47,620 nt of DNA from Acidobacteriota bacterium (GTDB taxonomy: Bacteria; Actinomycetota; Acidimicrobiia; Spongiisociales; UBA11373), in the NCBI GenBank assembly GCA_022571885.1, contig JACZWZ010000003.1, forward strand, positions 1 through 47,620, written 5' to 3'. The notes under the pieces were generated by a model. The model did no database searches. It saw only the letters and a program-made list of their open reading frames with translations, and had not been told where the DNA came from. Below, piece by piece: positions 34,497-42,327 of this stretch. The position numbers and the translations under genes are program-made. Every line of letters starts with the position of its first letter. Within the stretch, counting starts at the first letter, position 1.

Positions 34497-35689
34497 GCGA
34501 CGCCATGACGGTCGTCGAAGGTCTGGACTTCGTCGTCAGCCTTGCAGCCGGTCTGGTGCATCCAGAGGACCTCGATGCTGCTCGGAACGTCGCCGACGCG
34601 GCGCGAGAGCGCGCCGGGCATCTCGGGGCGACCATGGTCCTGGCACTGGTCGGAGGGACCGGGTCGGGTAAGTCGAGTCTGCTGAATGCGCTCGCCGGCG
34701 AGGAGGTTGCATCAACCAGTCCGGTGCGGCCTCACACCACGGAACCGTTGGCGTGGATACCCTCCAGAACCGAGCCGTCGCTGTCGCTGCTGCTCGACCG
34801 CCTCGGTATCGGTCGGCGGGTGACGCACAACCAATTCGAGCAGTTGGCGATTCTCGACATGACCGACATCGACAGCATCGCGGCCGGGCACCGGAGTCTG
34901 GTGGAGCGGGTGATGCCCGAGGTCGACTTCGTGGTGTGGGTGCTCGACCCGGTCAAGTATGCGGATCCGGTGCTGCATCGAGACTTCATCGTCCGTCTGG
35001 CAGATTCGTCGGATCGGCTGATCTTTGTGCTCAATAAGGTCGATCGCCTCGATGAGGCCAATCTGAAGCCCGTCACCGACCATCTCGGTCGGTTGCTGGC
35101 AGATGACGGAATCGACCAGCCGGTCATCTTCGAGGTCGCCGCCGACCCGCCCGGCGGCGAGACTCGCGGAATCGAAGAGCTTGTCGCCCACCTCAAGGCG
35201 CGTCTCGACGAGAAGCGAATCCACGTCGGCAAGATCATCGATGATGCTCGGCGGGTCTCGGGGGCGGTGGCCGGTGCCGCCGGCGTGACTGCCGGAGGTT
35301 CACTCGATTTCGAGGAGCGGTGGCTATCGGTTCGGGAGATGATCGTCACCGATGTGGACGAGGGAGGCGGTGCTGCCGCCGTCGAGGAGGCATTGCGGCT
35401 GATTGAGGGCTTCATCCTGAAACTATCTACCGACGCCGGTGGTGTCTTCGGATCGCGATTGCGCCACTCCTTTGATCCGGACCGGATCGAAACGGAGCTC
35501 TTGGCTGCGCTGCAGGCAGCCGCGGTCGGGGTCGACCCCGACCGGGATCTCGACCGTCAGTTGCAGGAGCGGTTCGGGGCACCGTTACGGACACTGCTGT
35601 GGGAACGGGCCTCGCTGGCCGCGGCCGTTGCCGGGCTTGCGGTCGATGCCACGACGGTCGGCGAGAGCATCGGCCGGTCGCCTTCGTGA
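34493..35689 (+). CDS. P-loop GTPase, second member of the pair (398 aa)
   Basis: G1 is LVGGTGSGKSS and G4 is VLNKVDRL. The G3 position reads ILDMTDID, with no Gly. ATGA overlap with the upstream GTPase. Confidence 0.65.
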   Translation: MSDAMTVVEGLDFVVSLAAGLVHPEDLDAARNVADAARERAGHLGATMVLALVGGTGSGKSSLLNALAGEEVASTSPVRPHTTEPLAWIPSRTEPSLSLLLDRLGIGRRVTHNQFEQLAILDMTDIDSIAAGHRSLVERVMPEVDFVVWVLDPVKYADPVLHRDFIVRLADSSDRLIFVLNKVDRLDEANLKPVTDHLGRLLADDGIDQPVIFEVAADPPGGETRGIEELVAHLKARLDEKRIHVGKIIDDARRVSGAVAGAAGVTAGGSLDFEERWLSVREMIVTDVDEGGGAAAVEEALRLIEGFILKLSTDAGGVFGSRLRHSFDPDRIETELLAALQAAAVGVDPDRDLDRQLQERFGAPLRTLLWERASLAAAVAGLAVDATTVGESIGRSPS

Positions 35690-36558
35690 CCGGCTGGCAG
35701 GAGTGGCCGGCGCGGCATCGGCTCGAGGCGCTGGCAAACGCTCCGGAGGGGGGCGAAGCCGAGAACGGATCGCTCATCGCGGCTGAGCTTGCAATCTTCG
35801 TAGAGAGGATCGATGCCAACGCTCCAGAGGCCTTCCCGGAGGCCATCGACTTCGTGGTGCGATCGATCGTTGCTCAACGGCCCACCAGTGCTCCGGTGCT
35901 GACTCTCGCCAACGCAGTCTTTCTCACGATCGACCGGGGGCCGGCGACGGTCATTGCCGAGGTGCGGGCGGTGGCCGAGCGACTCCGGACCTCGGTCGGC
36001 ATCCTGGCCACGATGGGCGCCGCCTTCATTCCGGACGGTGGTTCGGTTCTGGCACATGGGACGTCTTCGTCGGTCAGGCAGCTGCTGGAGACCGCGGCCG
36101 GCGACAAGAAGTTCCGTGTGATGTGCGGCACCGGGTGGGATGGAGCAGGCCGGCTGTTCGCATCCGATCTGGCAGACGCCGGCATCTCCGTGGAGTTGGT
36201 GGATCAGGATCTGGTAGTCGACTCTCTGTTGGGCGTCGACCTGATCATCACCGGGGCGTCTGCATTCGGCCCGGTGACGATGATCAATACCGTCGGCACC
36301 GATGTGCTGGTGAGAGAAGCAGCCGGCCTGGACCTACGGGCTCTGCTGGTGGCGTCCGCCGACAAGGCGCTTCCGGCCCGTCTGTTCGCTCGTGCCGCCG
36401 CGGCAGTAGCAGGAATGCCGGGCCTCGAGGTCGTGGGTCTGGAGCATTTCGAAGCCATCGTCACCGAACTCGGCGTGTTCGACTCGGCGGCCGCCGGTCG
36501 CCTTGCCGAGCGACGTGAGGTCGCTCCTCAGCTGGCGGAGCGCGACCAGCGAGGGTGA
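35686..36558 (+). CDS. IF-2B family protein (eIF2B alpha/beta/delta - MtnA fold)
   Basis: RPTSAPVLTLANAV, IPDGGSVLAHGTSSSV, KKFRVMCGTGWDGAGRLFASDLADAGISVELV and DLIITGASAFGPVTMINTVGTDVLV follow the IF-2B domain pattern. GTGA overlap with the upstream GTPase. Confidence 0.65.
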   Translation: MTGWQEWPARHRLEALANAPEGGEAENGSLIAAELAIFVERIDANAPEAFPEAIDFVVRSIVAQRPTSAPVLTLANAVFLTIDRGPATVIAEVRAVAERLRTSVGILATMGAAFIPDGGSVLAHGTSSSVRQLLETAAGDKKFRVMCGTGWDGAGRLFASDLADAGISVELVDQDLVVDSLLGVDLIITGASAFGPVTMINTVGTDVLVREAAGLDLRALLVASADKALPARLFARAAAAVAGMPGLEVVGLEHFEAIVTELGVFDSAAAGRLAERREVAPQLAERDQRG

Positions 36559-36608
36559 GTCCCGGCAGTCGAACCCCTCTGGTCTTTGGTCGGCGAGGCT
36601 GCTCGGTC

Positions 36609-37517
36609 TTACACCGCCACGATCAGAAGGCTGCGCGACTCGGGTCGAATGGTGATCGAGGAGGCTCGACCAAGAAGCTCGCCATCTGCTTCGATCCAGG
36701 ATGAAGGCTCGGACGTGATTTCCAGCCGTTCGAAGCCTTCCCAGATCTTCACCCCGGGCACCCGCGCCAAATCACGCTTGGCACCTGCCCGGGCGAGTAG
36801 GTAGAACAGGCGCAGGGTTGAGACCCGAGTGATCACAGCTGCGATCGGCTTTGGGCCGGTTCCGAGGGTGAGTGGGATCCGCCCGAGGTAGGTGAAGCGG
36901 TCGTGGACCTGTGTCAGCACTGCCACCGCATCTGCCGTGCTGGTGCCGTCGGTGACCCGAAGGGTCGGAAGCCGATCCCGGAAGGTTCTCGCCACCCTGG
37001 AGGTGCTGCGGGCGTAGTGGAGTGTGCCGAATCCGATCTTGGAGAGAGGGCGCCGTTCCGACTCCTTGATTACTTCGGCGTCGAAGCCGATTCCGGCGGC
37101 GAAGGTGGCGATGTGGCCACGAGTGGATTCGCCTATGCCCTCGGTGATGTGGAGAGTCGGCACCGCTCGGGTCCCAATGGCGTCGGCCAGGAACTCAGCG
37201 GCGTCGCGCGGCTTACGGGGCAAGCGGATGATGCGGCGTAAGACGTTGCTGGTTCCGGCGGGGATGATCCCGAGGGCGGCACTGGTGCCGATTACGGCGT
37301 TGGCCACTTCGTGGACAACACCGTCGCCGCCCATGGCCACGACGACGTCGAAGCCATCGGCTGCGGCGGCAGCCGATTCGGTGCGGGCCTGGGCCGGGCC
37401 GTTGGGCCAAATGGCGGTCACATGGAATCCGCGTTCGAGGATCTCGACCACGTCGCGGTGGAGCGGCGCGGTGAAGCCGGATGCGGCCGGGTTGGCGACG
37501 AGGAGGAGTCGGCGCAT
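36609..37517 (-). CDS. Diacylglycerol/lipid kinase catalytic-domain protein
   Basis: Starts at MRRLLLVANPAASG, with AMGGDGVVHEV (GGDG motif). The longer 416-aa ORF has an Arg/Pro-rich, non-protein-like N-terminus. Confidence 0.75.
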   Translation of the reverse strand: MRRLLLVANPAASGFTAPLHRDVVEILERGFHVTAIWPNGPAQARTESAAAAADGFDVVVAMGGDGVVHEVANAVIGTSAALGIIPAGTSNVLRRIIRLPRKPRDAAEFLADAIGTRAVPTLHITEGIGESTRGHIATFAAGIGFDAEVIKESERRPLSKIGFGTLHYARSTSRVARTFRDRLPTLRVTDGTSTADAVAVLTQVHDRFTYLGRIPLTLGTGPKPIAAVITRVSTLRLFYLLARAGAKRDLARVPGVKIWEGFERLEITSEPSSWIEADGELLGRASSITIRPESRSLLIVAV

Positions 37518-37678
37518 TCGTGGAGCGTACCGGCGGTCTTGGGTCATGCATGGCGTCGCCGTCTCCATCGAAGTTCGGGTTACTTGCGGGGCCGTGGCTG
37601 GGGGAGGAGGGTCGACCGGTGGCTGTGAGGCTTTGTTGCGTCGAGGCCGGCCCGGGCAGAGGGCAGTAACCTCCAGTC

Positions 37679-38302
37679 GTGAGTCGGTACCGGGATCGTT
37701 TAGACGCCGGGTGTTCGCTCGGAGGCTTCCTGACTCATCTCCATGGGTCCACACCGCTGGTGCTGGGGATCCCCCGTGGCGGGGTGGCGATCGCGGCAGA
37801 AGTGGCCGACCTGCTTGAGGGTGAGATCGGGTTCGTGCTCGCCACCAAGGTCGGCGCACCCTGGAGCAGGGAGTTGGCGATCGGAGCGGTCGCTCCCGAT
37901 GGGGTGGCTCTGCTCGACGAGCCGATCATCAAGAGTATGGGCCTGGATCAGACGGAGGTGGATGCCGAGGTCGAGCGTTCGCTGGTGGAGCTTCAACGTC
38001 GGCAGGCAGTCTTCGGTGGAGATGCCCCCCAAGTGGCCGGACGGGTAGTGATTGTCGCCGACGACGGTGTGGCCACCGGAGCCACCTTGCGGGCGGCGTT
38101 GGCCTACGTGCGCCGGCTCGGCCCGGACCGTTTGGTGTGTGCGGTTCCGGTGGGGCCGCCGGCGACAATCGACCAGCTGGCATATGAGGTGGACGAGATC
38201 GTGTGTCCGATGCAGCCGGATCGGCTGCGCGCCGTCGGGGAGTGGTACGACGCCTTCCCTCAATGTTCCGATGCTGAGGTGCTGGAACTGCTGGGCCGGT
38301 AG
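37679..38302 (+). CDS. Phosphoribosyltransferase family protein
   Basis: YRDRLDAG...VLGIPRGGVAIAAEVA and the PRPP-binding motif VVIVADDGVATGATL. Confidence 0.75.
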   Translation: MSRYRDRLDAGCSLGGFLTHLHGSTPLVLGIPRGGVAIAAEVADLLEGEIGFVLATKVGAPWSRELAIGAVAPDGVALLDEPIIKSMGLDQTEVDAEVERSLVELQRRQAVFGGDAPQVAGRVVIVADDGVATGATLRAALAYVRRLGPDRLVCAVPVGPPATIDQLAYEVDEIVCPMQPDRLRAVGEWYDAFPQCSDAEVLELLGR

Positions 38303-38348
38303 CCGGACTCCGGGCTTCTTGTCACACCCGCTCCGTATGGTTTCAGAC

Positions 38349-38498
38349 ATGAACACAGTCATGTTGCTATCTGCCACTCCCGCCATCGGGACGGTCGCCG
38401 ACGCAGTTGCTCTCTTGGCGGATCTGGGGGCCGAGGTCGTCGATCACTGTCCGATCGGCTGCGAGATCTGCGATCGGGTGCTCGACGCGGCTGCCTGA
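38349..38498 (+). CDS. Possible small protein (49 aa) with C-terminal CPIGCEIC motif
   Basis: ATG at 38349. About 75% G/C at third codon positions. Its leader and first codons resemble those of the DUF222-HNH gene at 42301. No homology was recognised. Confidence 0.3.
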   Translation: MNTVMLLSATPAIGTVADAVALLADLGAEVVDHCPIGCEICDRVLDAAA

Positions 38499-38531
38499 GG
38501 GTCGTTGCGGTGGCGCTGGTAGCGTCGCCGG

Positions 38532-39833
38532 GTGAATTCGCAGGTCAACCACGCCGCCGAGCAGTGGCACCCGACGCGGCTGTCGGTCGCATCCTGGGCC
38601 ACATACGACCTTGCCAACACGATCTTTGCCCTCGGCGTCGGGTCTCTCTACTTCGCTCAGTGGCTGACCGACAGCGCCGCCGACCTACCGTCGTGGTTCC
38701 AGCGGTTCGACGAGCCGGCCGACCTTGCTCTGGCGATCACTCTCGATATCGCGATGGTGATCGTGATTGTTCTCGGGCCGTGGATTGGGGCTCGGAGTGA
38801 TCATCGTGGAAGGCGGATCCCATATCTGGCGCCGATGACGGTGCTGGCGGTCGTCCCCACGTTCTTCATCGCCACGGTGGGGGTCACCGCCTCCCTCGGC
38901 CTATTCGTGATCGCGCTGGTCGGTTTCAATCTGGGTTCGGTCGTGTACGACGCGTTGCTGCCGGACGTCTCGACTCCGGCGACCGTGGGGCGGGTCTCCG
39001 GAATGGGAATCGGTGTCGGGTACATCGGATCCTTTGTTGCGGTTCTGCTCGGGGCGTTGTTACTCGACGATTACGGCGAGGCAGCGGTGTTCAAGGCCAT
39101 TGCGGTGTTGTTCCTCATCTTTGCGATCCCCACCTTCCTCTTCGTCAAAGAGCGTCCCAAGGTGGCGGAGTCGGGGCCCCCACCGTCGCTGCGAGCCAGC
39201 GCCCGCAGGCTCATTCAGGCATGGCGCCGGGCGAGGACGTACGACGGCGTCGCACGTTTTCTGGTGGGTCGGTTCCTGTACACCGACGCCGTCAACACCC
39301 TGGTCGGGGGCTTCCTCACCATCTATGTGATCGAGGAGCTCGGCTTCACCGACAGCCAGGTCCAGGGGCTGCTCGGGGTGGCCATTGTCGGAGCGATCAT
39401 CGGAGGATTCGGGGGAGGCCGCTTGGTCGACCGGCGGGGGCCGCGCTGGCTGTTGCATCGAGTTCTTTGGACCTGGATGGTCGCCATATCGTTGGGGATC
39501 GTCGCCGGCGCACTGGGTATCAGTTCGCTGATCTGGGTGCTGGGGGTTCTGGGCGGTCTGGCGCTGGGCGCGACCTGGGCGGCCGATCGGGTCTACATGC
39601 AACGAATCTCGCCCCCGCGACACCTCGGCGAGTTCTACGGCCTCTATGCAACCGTCGGGCGGTTTGCCACGATTCTGGGCCCGTTGTCGTGGGGGGTGAT
39701 CGTCTCCATCCTCGGACTTCCCAGAGAGCTTGCTTTGGGGGTACTGCTCATATTCATCGTGGCGTCCCGGATCGTGCTCCAGGGCGTCGATGACACCGTG
39801 CGTGAATGGGGCGTAGCCGACCTCCGACGGTGA
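38532..39833 (+). CDS. MFS transporter (UMF1/Atg22-like)
   Basis: 433 aa with about 12 hydrophobic segments. The start WATYDLANTIFALGVGSLYF is typical of the UMF1 family. Confidence 0.7.
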   Translation: MNSQVNHAAEQWHPTRLSVASWATYDLANTIFALGVGSLYFAQWLTDSAADLPSWFQRFDEPADLALAITLDIAMVIVIVLGPWIGARSDHRGRRIPYLAPMTVLAVVPTFFIATVGVTASLGLFVIALVGFNLGSVVYDALLPDVSTPATVGRVSGMGIGVGYIGSFVAVLLGALLLDDYGEAAVFKAIAVLFLIFAIPTFLFVKERPKVAESGPPPSLRASARRLIQAWRRARTYDGVARFLVGRFLYTDAVNTLVGGFLTIYVIEELGFTDSQVQGLLGVAIVGAIIGGFGGGRLVDRRGPRWLLHRVLWTWMVAISLGIVAGALGISSLIWVLGVLGGLALGATWAADRVYMQRISPPRHLGEFYGLYATVGRFATILGPLSWGVIVSILGLPRELALGVLLIFIVASRIVLQGVDDTVREWGVADLRR

Positions 39834-39845
39834 GAGGGAGCCTCT

Positions 39846-39880
39846 GTGGCGAGGTCAGGGGTGCTGAGGGGCCTCAGTCC
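39846..39880 (+). repeat. ~30-nt repeat, copy 1 (GTGGCGAGGTCAGGGGTGCTGAGGGGCCTCAGTCC)
   Basis: It shares AGGGGTGCTGAGGG plus flanks with copies at 41721 and 42241. It contains the CTGAG-GGGC-CTCAG hairpin. Confidence 0.7.
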
Positions 39881-40304
39881 CAACCGACCCCCGAGTGATA
39901 AGTGCTGTGATCTCAGGCATTCTCGGATATCACGGCGACGGCGTGGCGTGGCCCGCGTAACGAGCGCCGAAGTGTCGATCTGTTACACCCGGTGGGTTGA
40001 TCGTTAACCGCAGGTGATCTGTGCTGGGAAACCGTGGCGTTGGTGCCGTCTGTCACCATCTTTGATATGACGTTTGGGCGGGGGGACCTTGCTGGCTGCT
40101 GTGGCACTGTTTGCTGGTGCGTGTTCCCGTATGGTTGATGGAAACGCTGCGGACGGTGCCGCCTCACCGGCTGCCAGCATCTAGTCGGCCGTTTTGGATT
40201 TCATCCTGAGGGGAGAGGACGCAAATAGCTGCGACCGCCCTTAGAGTGGATAACGAAGTGCGGGAAGCCGCGCCTACCGGATAGCCGATCGAATGGAGAG
40301 AGTG

Positions 40305-41231
40305 ATGAGAGTGGCCGCCGTCCAAGCCGCTCCAGTGTTCCTGGACCTCGATGCAACTGTCAACAAGGTGCTCGACCTGATGAAGGAGGCCGCGGGCGGA
40401 GGCGCCGAGCTGTGCGCTTTCCCGGAGACGTTCCTGTCCGGTTATCCCGTATGGATCAACTCGACCGACGCCGCCCGGTTCAATGACCCCCTCCAGAAGG
40501 AGGCCTATGCCGCCTACGTGGAGGGTTCCCTGGCGGCCGACGGACCGGAGCTCGAGGCGATCTGCGCCGTCGCTTCGGACCTGGGGATGTTCACCTACCT
40601 CGGCTTCATAGAGCGCTCCACGTCCGGTGGCTCTGTCTACGCCGCGCTGGCCGCCATCCATCCCGACGATGGAGTCGTCTCGGTGCACCGGAAGCTGCGG
40701 CCCACCTACGCCGAGCGCATGGTCTGGTCGGCCGGAGACGGCCATGGTCTAACCGTTCACACATGGAACGGGTTCCGAGTCGGAGGGCTGAACTGCTTTG
40801 AGAATTGGCTGCCGCTCGCCCGCTACAGCCTCTACGCCCAGGGTGAGCAGCTCCACATTGCCACCTGGCCCGGATCGCCCTGGTTGACGCGCGACATCAC
40901 CCGGTTCATCGCCATGGAAGGCCGAATGTACGTGATCTCAGTGAGTGGGGTTCTTAGCGCCGACGACATCCCCGACGATTTCCCGCTGAAGCAACAGATG
41001 CTGGCAGCGGGGGGCGGGTACCCGAGCGGCGGCACCTTCATCGTCGCACCGGACGGCGACGCCATCGAGGGTCCTATCGGGAACGAGGAGACCATCGTCT
41101 ACGCCGACCTGGACGTGCGTCGGGTGCTCGCAGAACGCCAGAACTTCGATCCCGCCGGCCATTACCACCGTCCCGATGTCTTCACGCTTCGCGTCAACCG
41201 AGACCGCCAGGAGCCGTTGGCGCCCTCTTAA
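40305..41231 (+). CDS. Nitrilase / carbon-nitrogen hydrolase
   Basis: MRVAAVQAAPVFLD, AFPETFLSGYP, HRKLRPT and the catalytic Cys context GLNCFENWLP. ATG at 40305 follows GGAGAGAG; the ORF opens at 40293. Confidence 0.85.
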   Translation: MRVAAVQAAPVFLDLDATVNKVLDLMKEAAGGGAELCAFPETFLSGYPVWINSTDAARFNDPLQKEAYAAYVEGSLAADGPELEAICAVASDLGMFTYLGFIERSTSGGSVYAALAAIHPDDGVVSVHRKLRPTYAERMVWSAGDGHGLTVHTWNGFRVGGLNCFENWLPLARYSLYAQGEQLHIATWPGSPWLTRDITRFIAMEGRMYVISVSGVLSADDIPDDFPLKQQMLAAGGGYPSGGTFIVAPDGDAIEGPIGNEETIVYADLDVRRVLAERQNFDPAGHYHRPDVFTLRVNRDRQEPLAPS

Positions 41232-41435
41232 AATCGGGCATTCTGCGTGGCTATGCAGTAACTTCCAGAGGGAACTCCAGGTCGGTGAGGTTTGAATAAA
41301 GGGGCTGAAGGGCTACGTACCGACATGGCGGTTCGAGCGTCTGAGGCGCGGTGACGGCAGCCTATGCTTCCGTCGGCGGATTAGCTTGACCGGCTCGTAT
41401 CGGTCGGTCTCAACTCCATATGCAGGGGGAAGAAC

Positions 41436-41618
41436 ATGGACTCATCAAGAGACCTCAAAGACTGGCTCCGCAACTATCCGCCTGTCGCCTATGGCGTCAG
41501 CTTCGGGATCATCGTCGGTACGGTGGTGTCCGCCATCACTCAAAACCCGGTCTGGATCGCACTCGGAATTCCGATCGGTGCTGCCGTCGGGGCAGCATTT
41601 CAGGCGCTTCGGAAGTAG
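41436..41618 (+). CDS. Small hypothetical membrane protein (60 aa)
   Basis: Two hydrophobic, Gly-rich segments (VAYGVSFGIIVGTVVSAI and VWIALGIPIGAAVGAAF). Confidence 0.4.
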   Translation: MDSSRDLKDWLRNYPPVAYGVSFGIIVGTVVSAITQNPVWIALGIPIGAAVGAAFQALRK

Positions 41619-41720
41619 CTCCCTTCTAGTCCAAAAGCTCCAGGTCGTCCGACATCAACACACCGGACTCGGCCAGTGTGTTGTCACCCGCCCAAGACGA
41701 GGCTGAATGCAACGCCAAGC

Positions 41721-41760
41721 GTGGTGAAGTCCTGACAGGGGTGCTGAGGGTCCTGAGACC
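41721..41760 (+). repeat. ~30-nt repeat, copy 2 (GTGGTGAAGTCCTGACAGGGGTGCTGAGGGTCCTGAGACC)
   Basis: 29 of the first 30 nt are identical to copy 3. Confidence 0.85.
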
Positions 41761-41812
41761 TTGCGTCACCTCGGTGACCTGCCATGTGCCCACTTACAGA
41801 GGTCAGGAATAC

Positions 41813-42079
41813 TCACCCTCTGTGCCATTCCTTGAGCCAACTCTCACTCAGCAGATCGGCCACCATGAACGGGTCCTTGTTCACCAAACGATCGGCCTCT
41901 GAGCGACTCTCGACCTCGAAGCTGATCGAACCGCCGCTGCGATCGGCGAACGGCCCTCCGATGTACCCAGGGAGCTTGAGGTCGGCCCAATAGGCGGCAT
42001 GCTGCGGCGCCACACTCCTCACCCGATCCGGCTCATCCTTGATGAGATAGAAGAACAAGAACCTTTCAATCGTCGCCAC
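41813..42079 (-). CDS. YciI-like protein
   Basis: 88 aa. FFYLIKDEPD...RSVAPQHAAYW...GGPFAD...SRSEADRLVNKDPF fits the YciI fold pattern. Confidence 0.6.
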   Translation of the reverse strand: MATIERFLFFYLIKDEPDRVRSVAPQHAAYWADLKLPGYIGGPFADRSGGSISFEVESRSEADRLVNKDPFMVADLLSESWLKEWHRG

Positions 42080-42240
42080 GAGCCACCTCGCTTTCGATTC
42101 GGCGTCCCTCGACCAATCACCTACGCATCACCTTTTCCTCAGGCGTGTGATTGCGAGGCTAGTGAGGTGAGCACACCCTCGAATGCCCCTTGGGCGGGCA
42201 GCCGTCGCGCTCGATCGTCAACTCAAACGGGATTCCGGGT

Positions 42241-42270
42241 GTGGTGAAGTCTTGACAGGGGTGCTGAGGG
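42241..42270 (+). repeat. ~30-nt repeat, copy 3 (GTGGTGAAGTCTTGACAGGGGTGCTGAGGG)
   Basis: It lies 58 nt upstream of the DUF222-HNH start. Confidence 0.85.
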
Positions 42271-42327
42271 ACCGCATACCTCCCCACTTGCCTCGTCCGT
42301 GTCACACCCGCGCCTTATGTTGTATGA

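Noticed and set aside
35599-35685. Longer start for the IF-2B-like gene (ORF opens at 35599)
   Set aside because: The extension overlaps the end of the second GTPase gene by 90 nt and is Gly/Arg-rich. GTG at 35686 gives the same GTGA coupling seen elsewhere in the window.
40067-40138. 23-aa Cys-rich micro-ORF as a RiPP precursor next to the nitrilase
   Set aside because: No modifying enzyme, leader-like region or ribosome-binding site was seen. A short Cys-containing ORF is easily produced by chance in GC-rich DNA. It is kept only as a note inside the leader finding.
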